The notes under the pieces: model-generated
Told to the model about the DNA's origin: nothing
The model's input: the letters and a program-made list of their open reading frames with translations, nothing else
Databases searched by the model: none
DNA from: an uncultured Gammaproteobacteria bacterium
GTDB taxonomy: Bacteria; Patescibacteriota; Patescibacteriia; Magasanikbacterales; UBA922
Direction of reading: 5' to 3'
DNA length: 50,314 nt
Assembly: GCA_964516055.1 (NCBI GenBank)
Contig: CAZEYK010000002.1
Location: 1-50,314 of the forward strand
Made by a program: the position numbers and the translations under genes
In this document: positions 26,916 through 36,649 of the stretch, in pieces
How positions within the stretch are numbered: the stretch's first letter is position 1
Layout: every line of letters starts with the position of its first letter

Positions 26916-27329
26916 TTATTCAGTTTTTTCACGAGGAGGATTTACTAATGTGTTAATCTGATTATACAGTGCAATAAACATCGTTTCGTCAAGTGTTGTA
27001 TCTGTATAGGCGTGATTGATTTTATCAATAAGCTCATGTAATTGTTTCGTTGCTGTTTCGTCTGTAGATTCGAGCAGGGAAATTTTTTTAGCATCACCAC
27101 CAGAAACTTCTTGAACGTATTCTTCATAAGTAGGGATAAGTTTGCCGTTGTATTTCTTACTCAAATCCTCACATGTTTTTAAAAAGTGAGGATGATCCCA
27201 TGTTGCTGCCGTATAGAGACCATTAAGTTTATTCATAAAATCGCCATGAAATGATCCACGAGATTGTTCTCGTTGTTCTCGTATCATGTCCAATTCAAAT
27301 CTTTTTTTCCCAGCATCGTGTTCTTTCAT
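26916..27329 (-). CDS. hypothetical protein (137 aa, soluble, helical-looking)
   Basis: Open frame 34 nt downstream of murJ on the same strand, ending at the tandem terminators. I recognise no motif. Confidence 0.55.
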   Translation of the reverse strand: MKEHDAGKKRFELDMIREQREQSRGSFHGDFMNKLNGLYTAATWDHPHFLKTCEDLSKKYNGKLIPTYEEYVQEVSGGDAKKISLLESTDETATKQLHELIDKINHAYTDTTLDETMFIALYNQINTLVNPPREKTE

Positions 27330-27363
27330 ATGGTGTGGTGTTTAGGTAAGTACAAGTTTGGCA

Positions 27364-28977
27364 TTATATTTCATCAGCAGGGATATCAGTAGGAACGTCC
27401 ACTGTCTGAAATATTTTTTTTCGAATAACAGATTCTATAATTTCAACTTCTTTTAACTTAAAGACCTTTCCAATTGTGAGGTAAACAAACAACCCCGCCC
27501 CTCCCGCCAGGAGTCCTTGCGTTGCAATACCCCAAAACCTATCCATATCTACTAAGGTAGCAATTGGGAATTTTAACATTTGAACAATAATCCCCATCGC
27601 AAAGGCGGCTAAAGAAATTTTGTACAAAAAATGCAAAATAGCCATTTCATCCAAACTTTGTATGTGACGTACACGAAGCGTTACCCATAAAATAGCGACC
27701 TGCACAAACATAGAGATAGAAAAAGACAACGCCAATCCAGCAATACCAAAAACATTTTTAAGTAACAAGGCAAAAATAACATTTATCAATGTCCCAATGA
27801 TTGCTGCAATAAATGGAGACCACGTGTCATGCATGGCATAAAACGCCCGAGCAAGTAACGGAATCAAACATTGAGCAAAAAGAGAAAGAGAAAAAAATGC
27901 CAACGTATTTGCGGTCAAAATAGTTGCTTCCCATCCAAATGCACCAGTTCCAAACAACACCCGAACAATCTGCGCACGAAGTAAAAGAAGAATAATGGTA
28001 AGTGGGACAATAAAAAATAAAATTTGTCGAATGGCTTGGGACAAGTGATGCACAAATTCGGCACCTTTTTCTTCAGCTACAAACATAGCAAGCGTTGGAA
28101 ACGCCGCAATCGCAAACGAATACCCAATAATGCCAACAGGAAAATATTGAATATTGCTTGCAAAATTAAAGACTGCCAAACTTCCTGCTGCAAGTGTAGA
28201 TGCAATCGTCGTCATGAGTAATAAATTAATTTGGTGAGTGGCAAGACCAAGTGTTCTCGGAAGCATTAATTTCCAAATGTCACGAACATGGCCATTTTTC
28301 CACAAAAATACTCGTCGATAAGAAAATTTATAATGTCGAAGTGCAGGAATTTGAATAACCAGATGGAAAAGTGCTCCAAAAATAACCCCAAAGGCAAGAC
28401 CAATAGGACCCCACAATGGCACAAACCAGATAGCCCCAACAATAATACCAATATTGTATACAATAGGTGTTAGCGAATAAACCAAAAAAGCTTTAAAGCT
28501 TTGTAAGACACTACTAAACACACCACTAATCCCAAGCAAAACAGGAGAAACAAACATAACACGGGTCATCATAATAGTGAGATCCAGTTTCTCACCGCTA
28601 AATCCCGGGACAATAATTCGCATCAACTGTGGGGTAAAAAGACACATGATGCTACAAACAATAATAAGAAACACTGCCAAAATATTAATCACACTATTTG
28701 TTACCGTGAGCGCTTCTTCAGGATCTTTTTTCATGAGCTTGGTAAAAATAGGGATAAATCCCGCAGACAATGCCCCCACTACAATTAAATTGTATACAAG
28801 ATCCGGAATACGGAATGCTGCATAATAGGCGTCAAGCACATCTCCCGCTCCATAAAGATGGGCAAAAATACGATCTCGCAAAAATCCCATTAAGCGACTC
28901 ACAAAAGATGCGGCACCAAGAATAACCGCAGCGCCGGTAATTGTTTTTGATTGATTTGATAAAATTCGTTTAATCAT
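27364..28977 (-). CDS. murJ: lipid II flippase MurJ (MviN)
   Basis: SFVSRLMGFLRDRIFAHLYGAGDVLDAYYAAFRIPD at the N-terminus and about 14 TM helices. Confidence 0.9.
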   Translation of the reverse strand: MIKRILSNQSKTITGAAVILGAASFVSRLMGFLRDRIFAHLYGAGDVLDAYYAAFRIPDLVYNLIVVGALSAGFIPIFTKLMKKDPEEALTVTNSVINILAVFLIIVCSIMCLFTPQLMRIIVPGFSGEKLDLTIMMTRVMFVSPVLLGISGVFSSVLQSFKAFLVYSLTPIVYNIGIIVGAIWFVPLWGPIGLAFGVIFGALFHLVIQIPALRHYKFSYRRVFLWKNGHVRDIWKLMLPRTLGLATHQINLLLMTTIASTLAAGSLAVFNFASNIQYFPVGIIGYSFAIAAFPTLAMFVAEEKGAEFVHHLSQAIRQILFFIVPLTIILLLLRAQIVRVLFGTGAFGWEATILTANTLAFFSLSLFAQCLIPLLARAFYAMHDTWSPFIAAIIGTLINVIFALLLKNVFGIAGLALSFSISMFVQVAILWVTLRVRHIQSLDEMAILHFLYKISLAAFAMGIIVQMLKFPIATLVDMDRFWGIATQGLLAGGAGLFVYLTIGKVFKLKEVEIIESVIRKKIFQTVDVPTDIPADEI

Positions 28978-29055
28978 AAACGTACTTTCCTAACATGAAT
29001 CAAGGAGCATGGTATACACAAAATACGCCATGCTCCTCGTGTCATGTTCCAGAAT

Positions 29056-29973
29056 TTACAGCAATTGCTTACGTTTCATAATAAAAATGATCAAAATAAT
29101 CCCTGTTGCCAAGGTACCAAACATACCCCACACAAGTAAAGGATGATTCGCAAATGGAAGGGGAATATTCATTCCATAAATACCGGCTAAAAGGGTAAGT
29201 GGGAGCAATGCCACTGAAATGACGGTCAGTGCGCTAATAACATTATTTGTTCGTCGAGTAAGCAATGATTCAACCGTAACATGTAGACCATCAACCGTAT
29301 CTTTGTAATTTGTGATAACAGACCATAATTTACTCAAATAGTCGTTAACATCATCAAAATATAAACTCAGTGTTTCGTCAAGAAACGGTTTCCGAATATG
29401 GGATAAATGAGAAAGTAAATATCGTTGAGGATCAATAATTCGTCGGAATCCCAAAATATTTCGTCGATGCGTTGCAAGCTGTTTAACAACGTGGGTATCA
29501 GGTTTGTTTTCAAATATGTCTGTTTCTAGTTGAGATATTTGTTTGCCAATATTGTGCAAAATTGGTCTGGAATTATGAAACAAGGATTCTGTTAATTTAT
29601 ACAAAAGATAGCCAGATCCATTACTCATCCATTCACGTTTAATACTTCTATTTCGCATACAGCGATAAAAGAAGTTTTTCATTTGCTTGGTACTATTGTG
29701 TTGAATCGTGATTAAAAAGTCATTGCCAACAAAAATATCGAGTTCAAGAGAAATGACTCGTTTTGTATCTCCTTGCCAATGAGGAAATTGAAATACCAAA
29801 AAAAGATAATCCTTATACGTATCAATTTTTGGTGTTTGACTTTCGCTTTGAATATCCTCCAAATCAAGATGATGAAAATGAAAGTTTTGTTTCAAAAATT
29901 CCAGTGCTTCTTCATCAATACGATCAATATTAATCCATCGGAGTTTTTTTGATTCAAGAATTTTGATAGCCAT
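29056..29973 (-). CDS. corA: CorA-family magnesium/cobalt transporter
   Basis: Cytoplasmic N-domain plus two C-terminal TM helices carrying YGMNIP (the GMN signature). Confidence 0.88.
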   Translation of the reverse strand: MAIKILESKKLRWINIDRIDEEALEFLKQNFHFHHLDLEDIQSESQTPKIDTYKDYLFLVFQFPHWQGDTKRVISLELDIFVGNDFLITIQHNSTKQMKNFFYRCMRNRSIKREWMSNGSGYLLYKLTESLFHNSRPILHNIGKQISQLETDIFENKPDTHVVKQLATHRRNILGFRRIIDPQRYLLSHLSHIRKPFLDETLSLYFDDVNDYLSKLWSVITNYKDTVDGLHVTVESLLTRRTNNVISALTVISVALLPLTLLAGIYGMNIPLPFANHPLLVWGMFGTLATGIILIIFIMKRKQLL

Positions 29974-29982
29974 AGAAAAACA

Positions 29983-30642
29983 TTAATCAGTATGAGGGAC
30001 AGATACCACCAACGTCATTGATGTTGTCCCTTGGTCTTTTGATTCATCCGTAATGGTCAACATGCCATAAAATGTATCTGCTGTCAGTTGTAGTCGTTTT
30101 TGAGAAAGAGTATCTTCACGTTCCGTTACCTCAATAGCTTGTTCTTCAAATTGTCTACGGTAATAATCAAAAATAAAATCAGGATCAGCAGGAAGATTCT
30201 TCCAGACAACGGTAACGGTGTCATCACGTTTAGTTACCGATTCATTTGCCAATTGTACCATGTTATTAAACGTAAGCGAGGTATCACCAGAGTCAAGGGT
30301 AGTATACTGATCAAAGGTTAAGAGAATGGGGGACAAAATCAATTTTGGCAAAAATGTTGCTGCCTCAAGGGGTCTTCCTTTTTGTTCAGCAGGTAAAAAG
30401 GTAATTTCTTCAATATAATCGTCATCATATAAAAAAATAGTATCAGGAAATACTGCAGGAACTTCAGATAACCGTTTTGGTTTGACAGGTGCCGTTAATT
30501 GAAGCAAAAGGACAATACCAATAATAAACATCCCCAAACAACCACAACCTGAAAAACATGTTCGCTTTACACAAGAGCGTTTTTTTTTAAATTCAGTAAG
30601 CGGTGGTGATTGAATAGATACGGGCTCAGTATGTCTAGGCAT
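29983..30642 (-). CDS. membrane-anchored hypothetical protein (219 aa)
   Basis: Cys-rich juxtamembrane segment and one TM (CFSGCGCLGMFIIGIVLLLQL), then a ~170-aa extracytoplasmic domain. It lies 9 nt upstream of corA on the same strand. Confidence 0.55.
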   Translation of the reverse strand: MPRHTEPVSIQSPPLTEFKKKRSCVKRTCFSGCGCLGMFIIGIVLLLQLTAPVKPKRLSEVPAVFPDTIFLYDDDYIEEITFLPAEQKGRPLEAATFLPKLILSPILLTFDQYTTLDSGDTSLTFNNMVQLANESVTKRDDTVTVVWKNLPADPDFIFDYYRRQFEEQAIEVTEREDTLSQKRLQLTADTFYGMLTITDESKDQGTTSMTLVVSVPHTD

Positions 30643-30802
30643 AGTATTCTCGCAGTGAGTATATCAAATTGATCGTATTTTGTGTACCAGTCATGTGTAT
30701 GGTAAGCTGTAACAACAGAGAGACATAGGAAGTAGAATAGTATTCTTCTATAAACTATTTCAGCCAAAGGCTGAGCCTATACATAATTATCAATTTATAT
30801 AT

Positions 30803-32152
30803 ATGCACATACAATTTTGTGGAGCTAATCATGAAGTAACAGGCTCTTGTCATTTACTCACCACAAGCAAAAAAAGGATCCTCGTAGATTGTGGCATGTT
30901 TCAAGGAGGAAACTACAGCGAAGGAAAAAACTTTGATACGTTTCCATTCAATGCGGGAGACATTGATATTCTTATTGTAACACATGCGCATCTTGACCAC
31001 GTGGGAAGAATCCCTAAGTTAATAAAAGAAGGATTTCATGGAAAAATTATTGCCACCAAAGGAACATGTCATATCATGCCACTTGTTCTTGAGGATGCAC
31101 AACACATAATGACCTACAATCATCGAAAATTCCAAACCCCAATTTTATATAGCATGGAAGATGTAGACAAAGTTACAGAACTTTGCCAAGGTATTGAATA
31201 TAATGAACGAGTAGATTTAGGAGACGGCGAAACGGTCATCTTTAAAGATGCTGGGCATATTTATGGATCATCATTTTTAGAAATAGAAGCAGACGGGAAA
31301 CGTATCGGGTTTTCAGGAGATATTGGAAACGATAATGTTCCTATTCTCAAAGATACACAACCGCTTGGTGACGTTGATGTATTGCTTTGCGAATCAACGT
31401 ATGGAGATAGAATCCATGAAGCCTCCACCATGCGAGATGAAATAATACAAAAACTCGTTACCGAGGCAGCACATAATGGGGGAGCCATTATGATTCCCGC
31501 TTTTTCTATAGAACGAACACAAGAGCTCTTATACAGTTTGGAAACACTCGCCACAGAAGGAAAACTCCCGCAAATGCCTATATTTGTTGATAGTCCGCTT
31601 GCCATAAAAGTCACAAAAGTATTCAAAGAATTTCCAGAGTATTACGATAAAGAGGCCTGCAAAAAATATATGCAAGGAAATGATTTTCTTCAATTCCCAC
31701 GGTTAGAAATGACTAACACAAAAGAAGAATCAAAAAAAATAAATGACATCAATCCTCCAAAAATGATTATAGCCGGTGCCGGTATGATGAATGGAGGAAG
31801 AATCCTGCACCATGCGCATCGCTACCTATCAGATCCAAAATCAACACTTATCATTGTTGGCTACCAAGCGCAAGGATCTCTTGGAAGAAGATTGTACGAA
31901 GGAGCCGAAAGCGTAAAAATATTTGGTGATGAAATTCCTGTTCGTTGTACCGTAAAAGCAATTGGTGCGCTCTCTGCACATGGTGATCAACACAAACTTA
32001 TGTCATGGGTTGGTACTGCAACACAAGCTCCAAAGAAGATTTACTATGTCCACGGAGAACCACACGCCGCCACCGCCCTCGCACACAAAATAAAACAAGA
32101 TATGGGTATTTCCGGATTTATTCCAGAATATGCAGAAACAATAGAAGTATAA
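30803..32152 (+). CDS. MBL-fold beta-CASP hydrolase (RNA-metabolising metallo-beta-lactamase family)
   Basis: HAHLDHVGRIP (HxHxDH), ...GDIGN..., ESTYG, and a C-terminal SAHGD...YVHGEP, typical of the beta-CASP family. Confidence 0.85.
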   Translation: MHIQFCGANHEVTGSCHLLTTSKKRILVDCGMFQGGNYSEGKNFDTFPFNAGDIDILIVTHAHLDHVGRIPKLIKEGFHGKIIATKGTCHIMPLVLEDAQHIMTYNHRKFQTPILYSMEDVDKVTELCQGIEYNERVDLGDGETVIFKDAGHIYGSSFLEIEADGKRIGFSGDIGNDNVPILKDTQPLGDVDVLLCESTYGDRIHEASTMRDEIIQKLVTEAAHNGGAIMIPAFSIERTQELLYSLETLATEGKLPQMPIFVDSPLAIKVTKVFKEFPEYYDKEACKKYMQGNDFLQFPRLEMTNTKEESKKINDINPPKMIIAGAGMMNGGRILHHAHRYLSDPKSTLIIVGYQAQGSLGRRLYEGAESVKIFGDEIPVRCTVKAIGALSAHGDQHKLMSWVGTATQAPKKIYYVHGEPHAATALAHKIKQDMGISGFIPEYAETIEV

Positions 32153-32154
32153 TA

Positions 32155-32184
32155 GAAAAAAACAGCGATTATCGCTGTTTTTTG
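32155..32184. terminator. bidirectional intrinsic terminator
   Basis: AACAGCGAT / ATCGCTGTT palindrome flanked by A7 and T6. Confidence 0.8.
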
Positions 32185-32320
32185 ATTTGATACGTAGGGG
32201 TGTTGTTCTTGAGCGTCGATCTCCAGGCAGCTGTTAGCCATAAGCCAACAACCACCATGGGCGGTGCGCATCTTTCCCTTAACATACTACTCCGTAAGGA
32301 TGTTCAATCAAGGACCTCAG
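32155..32320 (-). ncRNA. candidate ~165-nt small RNA (promoter-to-terminator unit, function unknown)
   Basis: Bounded by a minus-strand TTGACA-N18-CATAAT promoter and the bidirectional terminator. It is GC-rich with internal complementarity. The only ORF runs through the terminator. Confidence 0.3.
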
Positions 32321-32327
32321 ATATTCT

Positions 32328-32357
32328 ATTATGGGCACAGAAAAGGGGACGTGTCAA
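32328..32357 (-). promoter_or_regulatory. sigma70-like promoter on the minus strand (TTGACA-N18-CATAAT)
   Basis: Plus-strand TGTCAA at 32352-32357 and ATTATG at 32328-32333. Confidence 0.4.
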
Positions 32358-32635
32358 GTTTTAGCAAATAAAAAAATATCATATTGCAGATATTTTCATA
32401 TTCATCCGTTGCTACCATGATATGATAAAAACAGGTGAGGGGGCAGATCTATATCGTGTTTGGTGTTGTTGGGGGTTTTGTGTCTTGCCTGGTGGCCAAT
32501 ATGTTCTCTCCATGATGAAGAGACATTTTTTGACCCACAAAGGTCAACGATACCCAACGCACAAACAGTCTATTCTCTGCTCAGAGACATGTGTGGGATT
32601 CCTCCCACAGGTCTTTTGTTAGACATCCATGTCAC

Positions 32636-32676
32636 CCTCCACACAAATACATATCAGTGATATATCAATGTGGAGG
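32636..32676 (+). promoter_or_regulatory. SD-sequestering hairpin (anti-SD CCTCCACA / TGTGGAGG)
   Basis: An 8-bp perfect stem, 32636-32643 with 32669-32676. The 3' arm contains the GGAGG that precedes the ATG at 32682. Confidence 0.4.
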
Positions 32677-32681
32677 ATAAC

Positions 32682-32780
32682 ATGAGTGGAAAACGTGTCT
32701 CAAAAAAAAGAACTAGGGAAATAATAAACAATTTATATATTTCTGTCAACGATATTGTCACCAGGGGGACTCTATGCTAA
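32682..32780 (+). CDS. possible 32-aa basic peptide upstream of uvrB
   Basis: GGAGGA lies 4 nt before the ATG. Hand translation: MSGKRVSKKRTREIINNLYISVNDIVTRGTLC. The stop is 27 nt before the uvrB ATG. Confidence 0.25.
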   Translation: MSGKRVSKKRTREIINNLYISVNDIVTRGTLC

Positions 32781-32806
32781 GATAATTTGGCTATAATAAG
32801 GAAAAT

Positions 32807-34849
32807 ATGAAACTCAAACTCAAATCAGATTACAAACCAGCAGGCGATCAACCCAATGCAATCAACGGGCTTGTTGACGGAATAAAAAAGGGATACGGGA
32901 AACAAACCCTTCTTGGTGTTACCGGATCTGGAAAAACGTTTACCGTCGCCAACGTCATTGAACAAACGCAACTTCCCACGCTTGTTATCGCCCACAACAA
33001 AACACTTGCAGCACAGCTTTGCAATGAATTTCGGGAATTTTTTCCAAATAACGCAGTAGAATATTTTGTTAGCTATTACGATTACTATCAACCGGAAGCA
33101 TACATTTCATCAAGCGATACCTACATAGAAAAAGAAGCCCAGGTAAACAACGAAATTGATCGACTTCGTCATGCCTGTACGCAGGCCCTCCTTACAAGAA
33201 AAGATGTTATCATCGTTGCCTCCGTATCTGCCATCTACGGTCTTGGATCTCCAAAAGAATATGAACAAATTGTTTTGCATCTTCGTAAAGGCGACGTCCT
33301 TGATCGCAGAGGAATGATGGAGCATCTTATCTCCATGCAATTCACCAGAACCACCACCGATCTTACACGTGGAAACTTTCGTATGCGCGGTCAAGTATTT
33401 GAAATCATGCCAGTCAATGAAGAACGCATTTACCGATTTGAAATTAGTAAACACATCGACCACATAGAACTCATTGATCCTGTAACACGAAAAATTATTC
33501 ATCCTGATCTTGAAGATGCCTGGTTTTTTCCAGCCAAACATTACGTGGCAAGTCCCGAAGCTCGCGAACAAGCTGTGGGAAGAATTGAAGCAGAATTAAA
33601 AACACAACTTGCGTTATTTAAAAAACAAGGAAAAGTCCTTGAACACGAACGACTCAAACGGCGAGTAAAACATGATGTAGAGCTCATAAAAAATATTGGC
33701 TATTGCAATGGGATAGAAAATTATTCAAGATTATTTGAAGGAAGAGAAGAAGGGGAACCGCCATTTACTCTTCTTGATTATTTTCATTATTCTTCACCAG
33801 ATTTTCTTACGGTTATTGATGAATCCCATGTCACAGTATCGCAAGTTCGTGCTATGTACAAAGGAGACAGAGCAAGAAAGGAATCACTAGTAGAACATGG
33901 ATTTCGTTTACCAAGCGCAAAAGATAATAGACCACTGCAATATCACGAATTTGATGAACGAACAAAAAAAATGCTGTATGTTTCTGCCACACCAAACGAA
34001 TATGAATTAGGCGAAAGTGAGCAAGTAGTGGAACAAATCGTTCGGCCAACAGGACTTGTTGACCCCGAAGTGGTTATTCGTCCAATTACCGAAACAAAAG
34101 AGAATCCCTCACAAGTAGACGATGTCATTACCGAAATTCAAGCACAAATCAAAAAAGGGGATCGAACACTCGTTACCACCCTTACCAAAAAAATGGCCGA
34201 GGATATTACCGAATATCTCAAGAAAAAGGGTATCAGTGTGTCGTATCTCCATAGTGATATTGATACCATCGAACGAATTGAAATCATTATGAAACTCAGA
34301 CAAGGGGAGATTGACGTCATCGTTGGGGTCAATTTGCTTCGTGAAGGATTAGACATTCCTGAAGTGTCACTTGTTGCCATCCTCGACGCGGACAAAGAAG
34401 GCTTTCTTCGTAGTAAAACCAGTCTTATTCAAACAATTGGTCGTGCTGCTCGTAATGCCGATGGACGGGTTATTCTCTATGCCGACAACATGACAAATTC
34501 AATAGATAAAGCGATAGAAGAAACAGATCGTCGTCGAAACATTCAGCTTGCATATAATAAAAAACATGGCATCACGCCACAAACCATTCAAAAGAGCATC
34601 CGAAACATTCTTGAAGAATTTGGTATCGATCCCGAAGCCCAGAAGCAAAAACGCAAAAAAGGAAAAGGTGGATCACGTGGCGCTAAAACGCTTGCTCTCG
34701 ATACCATCGGCGACGACCGCCCGATTAAAGAACAAATCAAAGATAGAGAACAACAAATGAAAGAAGCTGCCAAAAATCTCGAATTTGAACTCGCCGCCAT
34801 TTTGCGAGATGAAATTCATGAACTCAAAAAAGTAGATCGAAAAAAATAA
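32807..34849 (+). CDS. uvrB: excinuclease ABC subunit B
   Basis: GVTGSGKTFT, DESHVT, helicase motifs, and a C-terminal UVR domain (EFELAAILRDEIHELKK). Confidence 0.97.
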   Translation: MKLKLKSDYKPAGDQPNAINGLVDGIKKGYGKQTLLGVTGSGKTFTVANVIEQTQLPTLVIAHNKTLAAQLCNEFREFFPNNAVEYFVSYYDYYQPEAYISSSDTYIEKEAQVNNEIDRLRHACTQALLTRKDVIIVASVSAIYGLGSPKEYEQIVLHLRKGDVLDRRGMMEHLISMQFTRTTTDLTRGNFRMRGQVFEIMPVNEERIYRFEISKHIDHIELIDPVTRKIIHPDLEDAWFFPAKHYVASPEAREQAVGRIEAELKTQLALFKKQGKVLEHERLKRRVKHDVELIKNIGYCNGIENYSRLFEGREEGEPPFTLLDYFHYSSPDFLTVIDESHVTVSQVRAMYKGDRARKESLVEHGFRLPSAKDNRPLQYHEFDERTKKMLYVSATPNEYELGESEQVVEQIVRPTGLVDPEVVIRPITETKENPSQVDDVITEIQAQIKKGDRTLVTTLTKKMAEDITEYLKKKGISVSYLHSDIDTIERIEIIMKLRQGEIDVIVGVNLLREGLDIPEVSLVAILDADKEGFLRSKTSLIQTIGRAARNADGRVILYADNMTNSIDKAIEETDRRRNIQLAYNKKHGITPQTIQKSIRNILEEFGIDPEAQKQKRKKGKGGSRGAKTLALDTIGDDRPIKEQIKDREQQMKEAAKNLEFELAAILRDEIHELKKVDRKK

Positions 34850-34867
34850 TTGCTCCTTAGTAAAAAT

Positions 34868-35467
34868 ATGACCGTTGAACAATTTCTTACTGAAGCGTTA
34901 CAAGCCCACAAAAAAAGAATGAACATTTTTAAATATGTTAAGGAAGGGATTATTTTTGAATGGACTTTGAAAAAGTGGATAATTACGGGAATTTTTTCAA
35001 AAGAAAAAAAAATGATTGAAAAAGCGGCAAGTTGGATGGTTCTCGTTATTGGGCTGTTAGTTGTCGTGCAATATCCATATTCGCCAATAAAATGGGGAAA
35101 TAGAGTATCGCCAGTAATATATATTATGGGAAATGTGTTTTTTTGGGTAATAATGTCTTTGGTATTTAATGAACTGATGTTCAGGGCAAATAAGGAAGAT
35201 CGTTTTGTAAAAAAAATTATCAAGCAGTATAAACAGAAAATGGAATTTTCCGGACAAGAAATAGTGACCGCTGCCAAAATTTTACGAAGCTGGGAAGCTA
35301 TGACATATGAAAAGGCAGTCAAAACACATGGAAAACGAATTGTTGATGTACTCCTTATGGCAAGAGCTATCTACCCATTTCTTAATAGCAAAAAACAACT
35401 TACCCTCAAACGCCTTGTTTCCATAAAAGCTATTGAAGAAAACAGAGAGGCAGGTTGGGAAGAATAA
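34868..35467 (+). CDS. hypothetical membrane protein (199 aa, 2 TM)
   Basis: First ATG in the 34850 ORF. It has two hydrophobic helices and charged soluble termini. I prefer it over the overlapping minus-strand ORF, which has a low-complexity hydrophobic composition. Confidence 0.5.
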   Translation: MTVEQFLTEALQAHKKRMNIFKYVKEGIIFEWTLKKWIITGIFSKEKKMIEKAASWMVLVIGLLVVVQYPYSPIKWGNRVSPVIYIMGNVFFWVIMSLVFNELMFRANKEDRFVKKIIKQYKQKMEFSGQEIVTAAKILRSWEAMTYEKAVKTHGKRIVDVLLMARAIYPFLNSKKQLTLKRLVSIKAIEENREAGWEE

Positions 35468-35488
35468 TACAACAAAAAAGAATAGTAT

Positions 35489-36127
35489 ATGACACAGAAT
35501 AAATACAAATGGTATATTGGTTGTTTTTTTTGTCTTCTCTTTGGTATTGGACTACTCTTTCGTTCCCAAACGTACATAAACTCATTCCCCAACTTTTCAG
35601 ACAATCTCAACGAGTTACATCCTCAACCAGTTGCCCTCGTATTTGGTGGAGGAGTAAAAAAAGACGGCACACTTAGCAATGCCCTAGAAGATCGTGTCAT
35701 CAAAAGTATAGAACTCTACAAAGCCGGAAAAGTAAGTAAACTTCTCATGACAGGAGACAATGGCAGTCGCCACTATGACGAAGTAACGCCAATGAAAGCC
35801 TATGCCATAGACGCTGGCGTTCCCGCCGAAGATATTGTCCTTGATTACGCTGGCTTTCGTACGTACGATAGTTGCTATCGTGCACGAGATATCTTTGGAC
35901 TCACCGATGTTATTGCCGTATCGCAAGCATTCCATCTTCCTCGCATTCTCTATATCTGTAATACGTTGGGAATATATACTACAGGGTACATCGCCGATCG
36001 CCGTAAATATGTTGCCAAAAATACTTGGGCAATCCGTGAGTTCCTTGCTAAGTTCAAAGCATGGTATCAAGTAGAACTCACCAAACCGTTTCCCAAATAT
36101 CTTGGCAAAAAAGAATCAGTATTCTAA
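35489..36127 (+). CDS. SanA/YdcF-like DUF218 protein (N-terminal anchor)
   Basis: ALVFGGGV...LLMTGDNGSRHYDEV..., AVSQAFHLPR. Confidence 0.8.
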   Translation: MTQNKYKWYIGCFFCLLFGIGLLFRSQTYINSFPNFSDNLNELHPQPVALVFGGGVKKDGTLSNALEDRVIKSIELYKAGKVSKLLMTGDNGSRHYDEVTPMKAYAIDAGVPAEDIVLDYAGFRTYDSCYRARDIFGLTDVIAVSQAFHLPRILYICNTLGIYTTGYIADRRKYVAKNTWAIREFLAKFKAWYQVELTKPFPKYLGKKESVF

Positions 36128-36155
36128 AAAAATCGACAGAACGCCGATTTTTTTA
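36126..36155. terminator. bidirectional terminator
   Basis: AAAAAAATCG...CGATTTTTTT inverted repeat between convergent genes. Confidence 0.55.
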
Positions 36156-36171
36156 TTATTTAGAAAGACTA

Positions 36172-36555
36172 TTATTGAATTTCTACCACCACATCATTAC
36201 TATAAAAAAGACAACGCGCAGGATCATTCATCGTATTAAAGGTACACAACCGCACATGCCATTTTCCTGGGGGAAGGTCAGTCCATGTAGCTTTTCGTTT
36301 ATCATTATCGATTTGATACCACTGACTTTCGCCATCAACGGTAGGATCTTTTTGTTCACCCATCACAAACCGAAATTGATCTCCTTCAAGTAAGTCAGTA
36401 CTAATCTGCCAGGAAAAGGTTGCACTATCTTTTTTTACTTTATCTACGGTGAGATTGAATGTTCCATTAGGGGGTTCTGAACGTGTATAAAAGGCACATC
36501 CACTAAGGAAAACAACACAAAAAAGAGCTATACTGCCAAGATACAAGAGTTTCAT
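36172..36555 (-). CDS. lipoprotein with an FN3/Ig-like beta domain (127 aa)
   Basis: Signal peptide with lipobox: MKLLYLGSIALFCVVFLSGC. The mature part reads like a beta-sandwich (FNLTVDKVKKDSATFSWQ...). The upstream 36 codons in the ORF track were rejected. Confidence 0.6.
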   Translation of the reverse strand: MKLLYLGSIALFCVVFLSGCAFYTRSEPPNGTFNLTVDKVKKDSATFSWQISTDLLEGDQFRFVMGEQKDPTVDGESQWYQIDNDKRKATWTDLPPGKWHVRLCTFNTMNDPARCLFYSNDVVVEIQ

Positions 36556-36621
36556 AAAAAAAGGGGATATTATTATATATAATAGTATTGTAAATATAAA
36601 AAAAAGAATTAGCAAATAGCA

Positions 36622-36649
36622 TTGACATATCATACCGATAAGGTATACT
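36622..36649 (+). promoter_or_regulatory. candidate uvrA promoter (TTGACA-N16-TATACT)
   Basis: Hexamers at 36622-36627 and 36644-36649, about 135 nt upstream of the uvrA ATG. Confidence 0.45.

Noticed and set aside
32044-32271. 75-aa minus-strand ORF starting in the candidate sRNA
   Set aside because: It has no stop before the strong bidirectional terminator and continues antisense into the MBL nuclease gene.
32422-32660. Two overlapping 66-aa plus-strand ORFs in the uvrB upstream gap
   Set aside because: They are Cys/Trp/Leu-rich, mutually overlapping frames with no SD. The region is better explained by its RNA hairpins.
33110-33571. 153-aa minus-strand ORF inside uvrB
   Set aside because: It is antisense to a conserved gene and carries no motifs.
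34816-35322. 168-aa minus-strand ORF overlapping the 34868-35467 plus-strand ORF and the uvrB 3' end
   Set aside because: It overlaps uvrB coding sequence and has a monotonous hydrophobic, Phe/Ile-rich composition. The plus-strand frame has balanced composition and follows uvrB in the same orientation.
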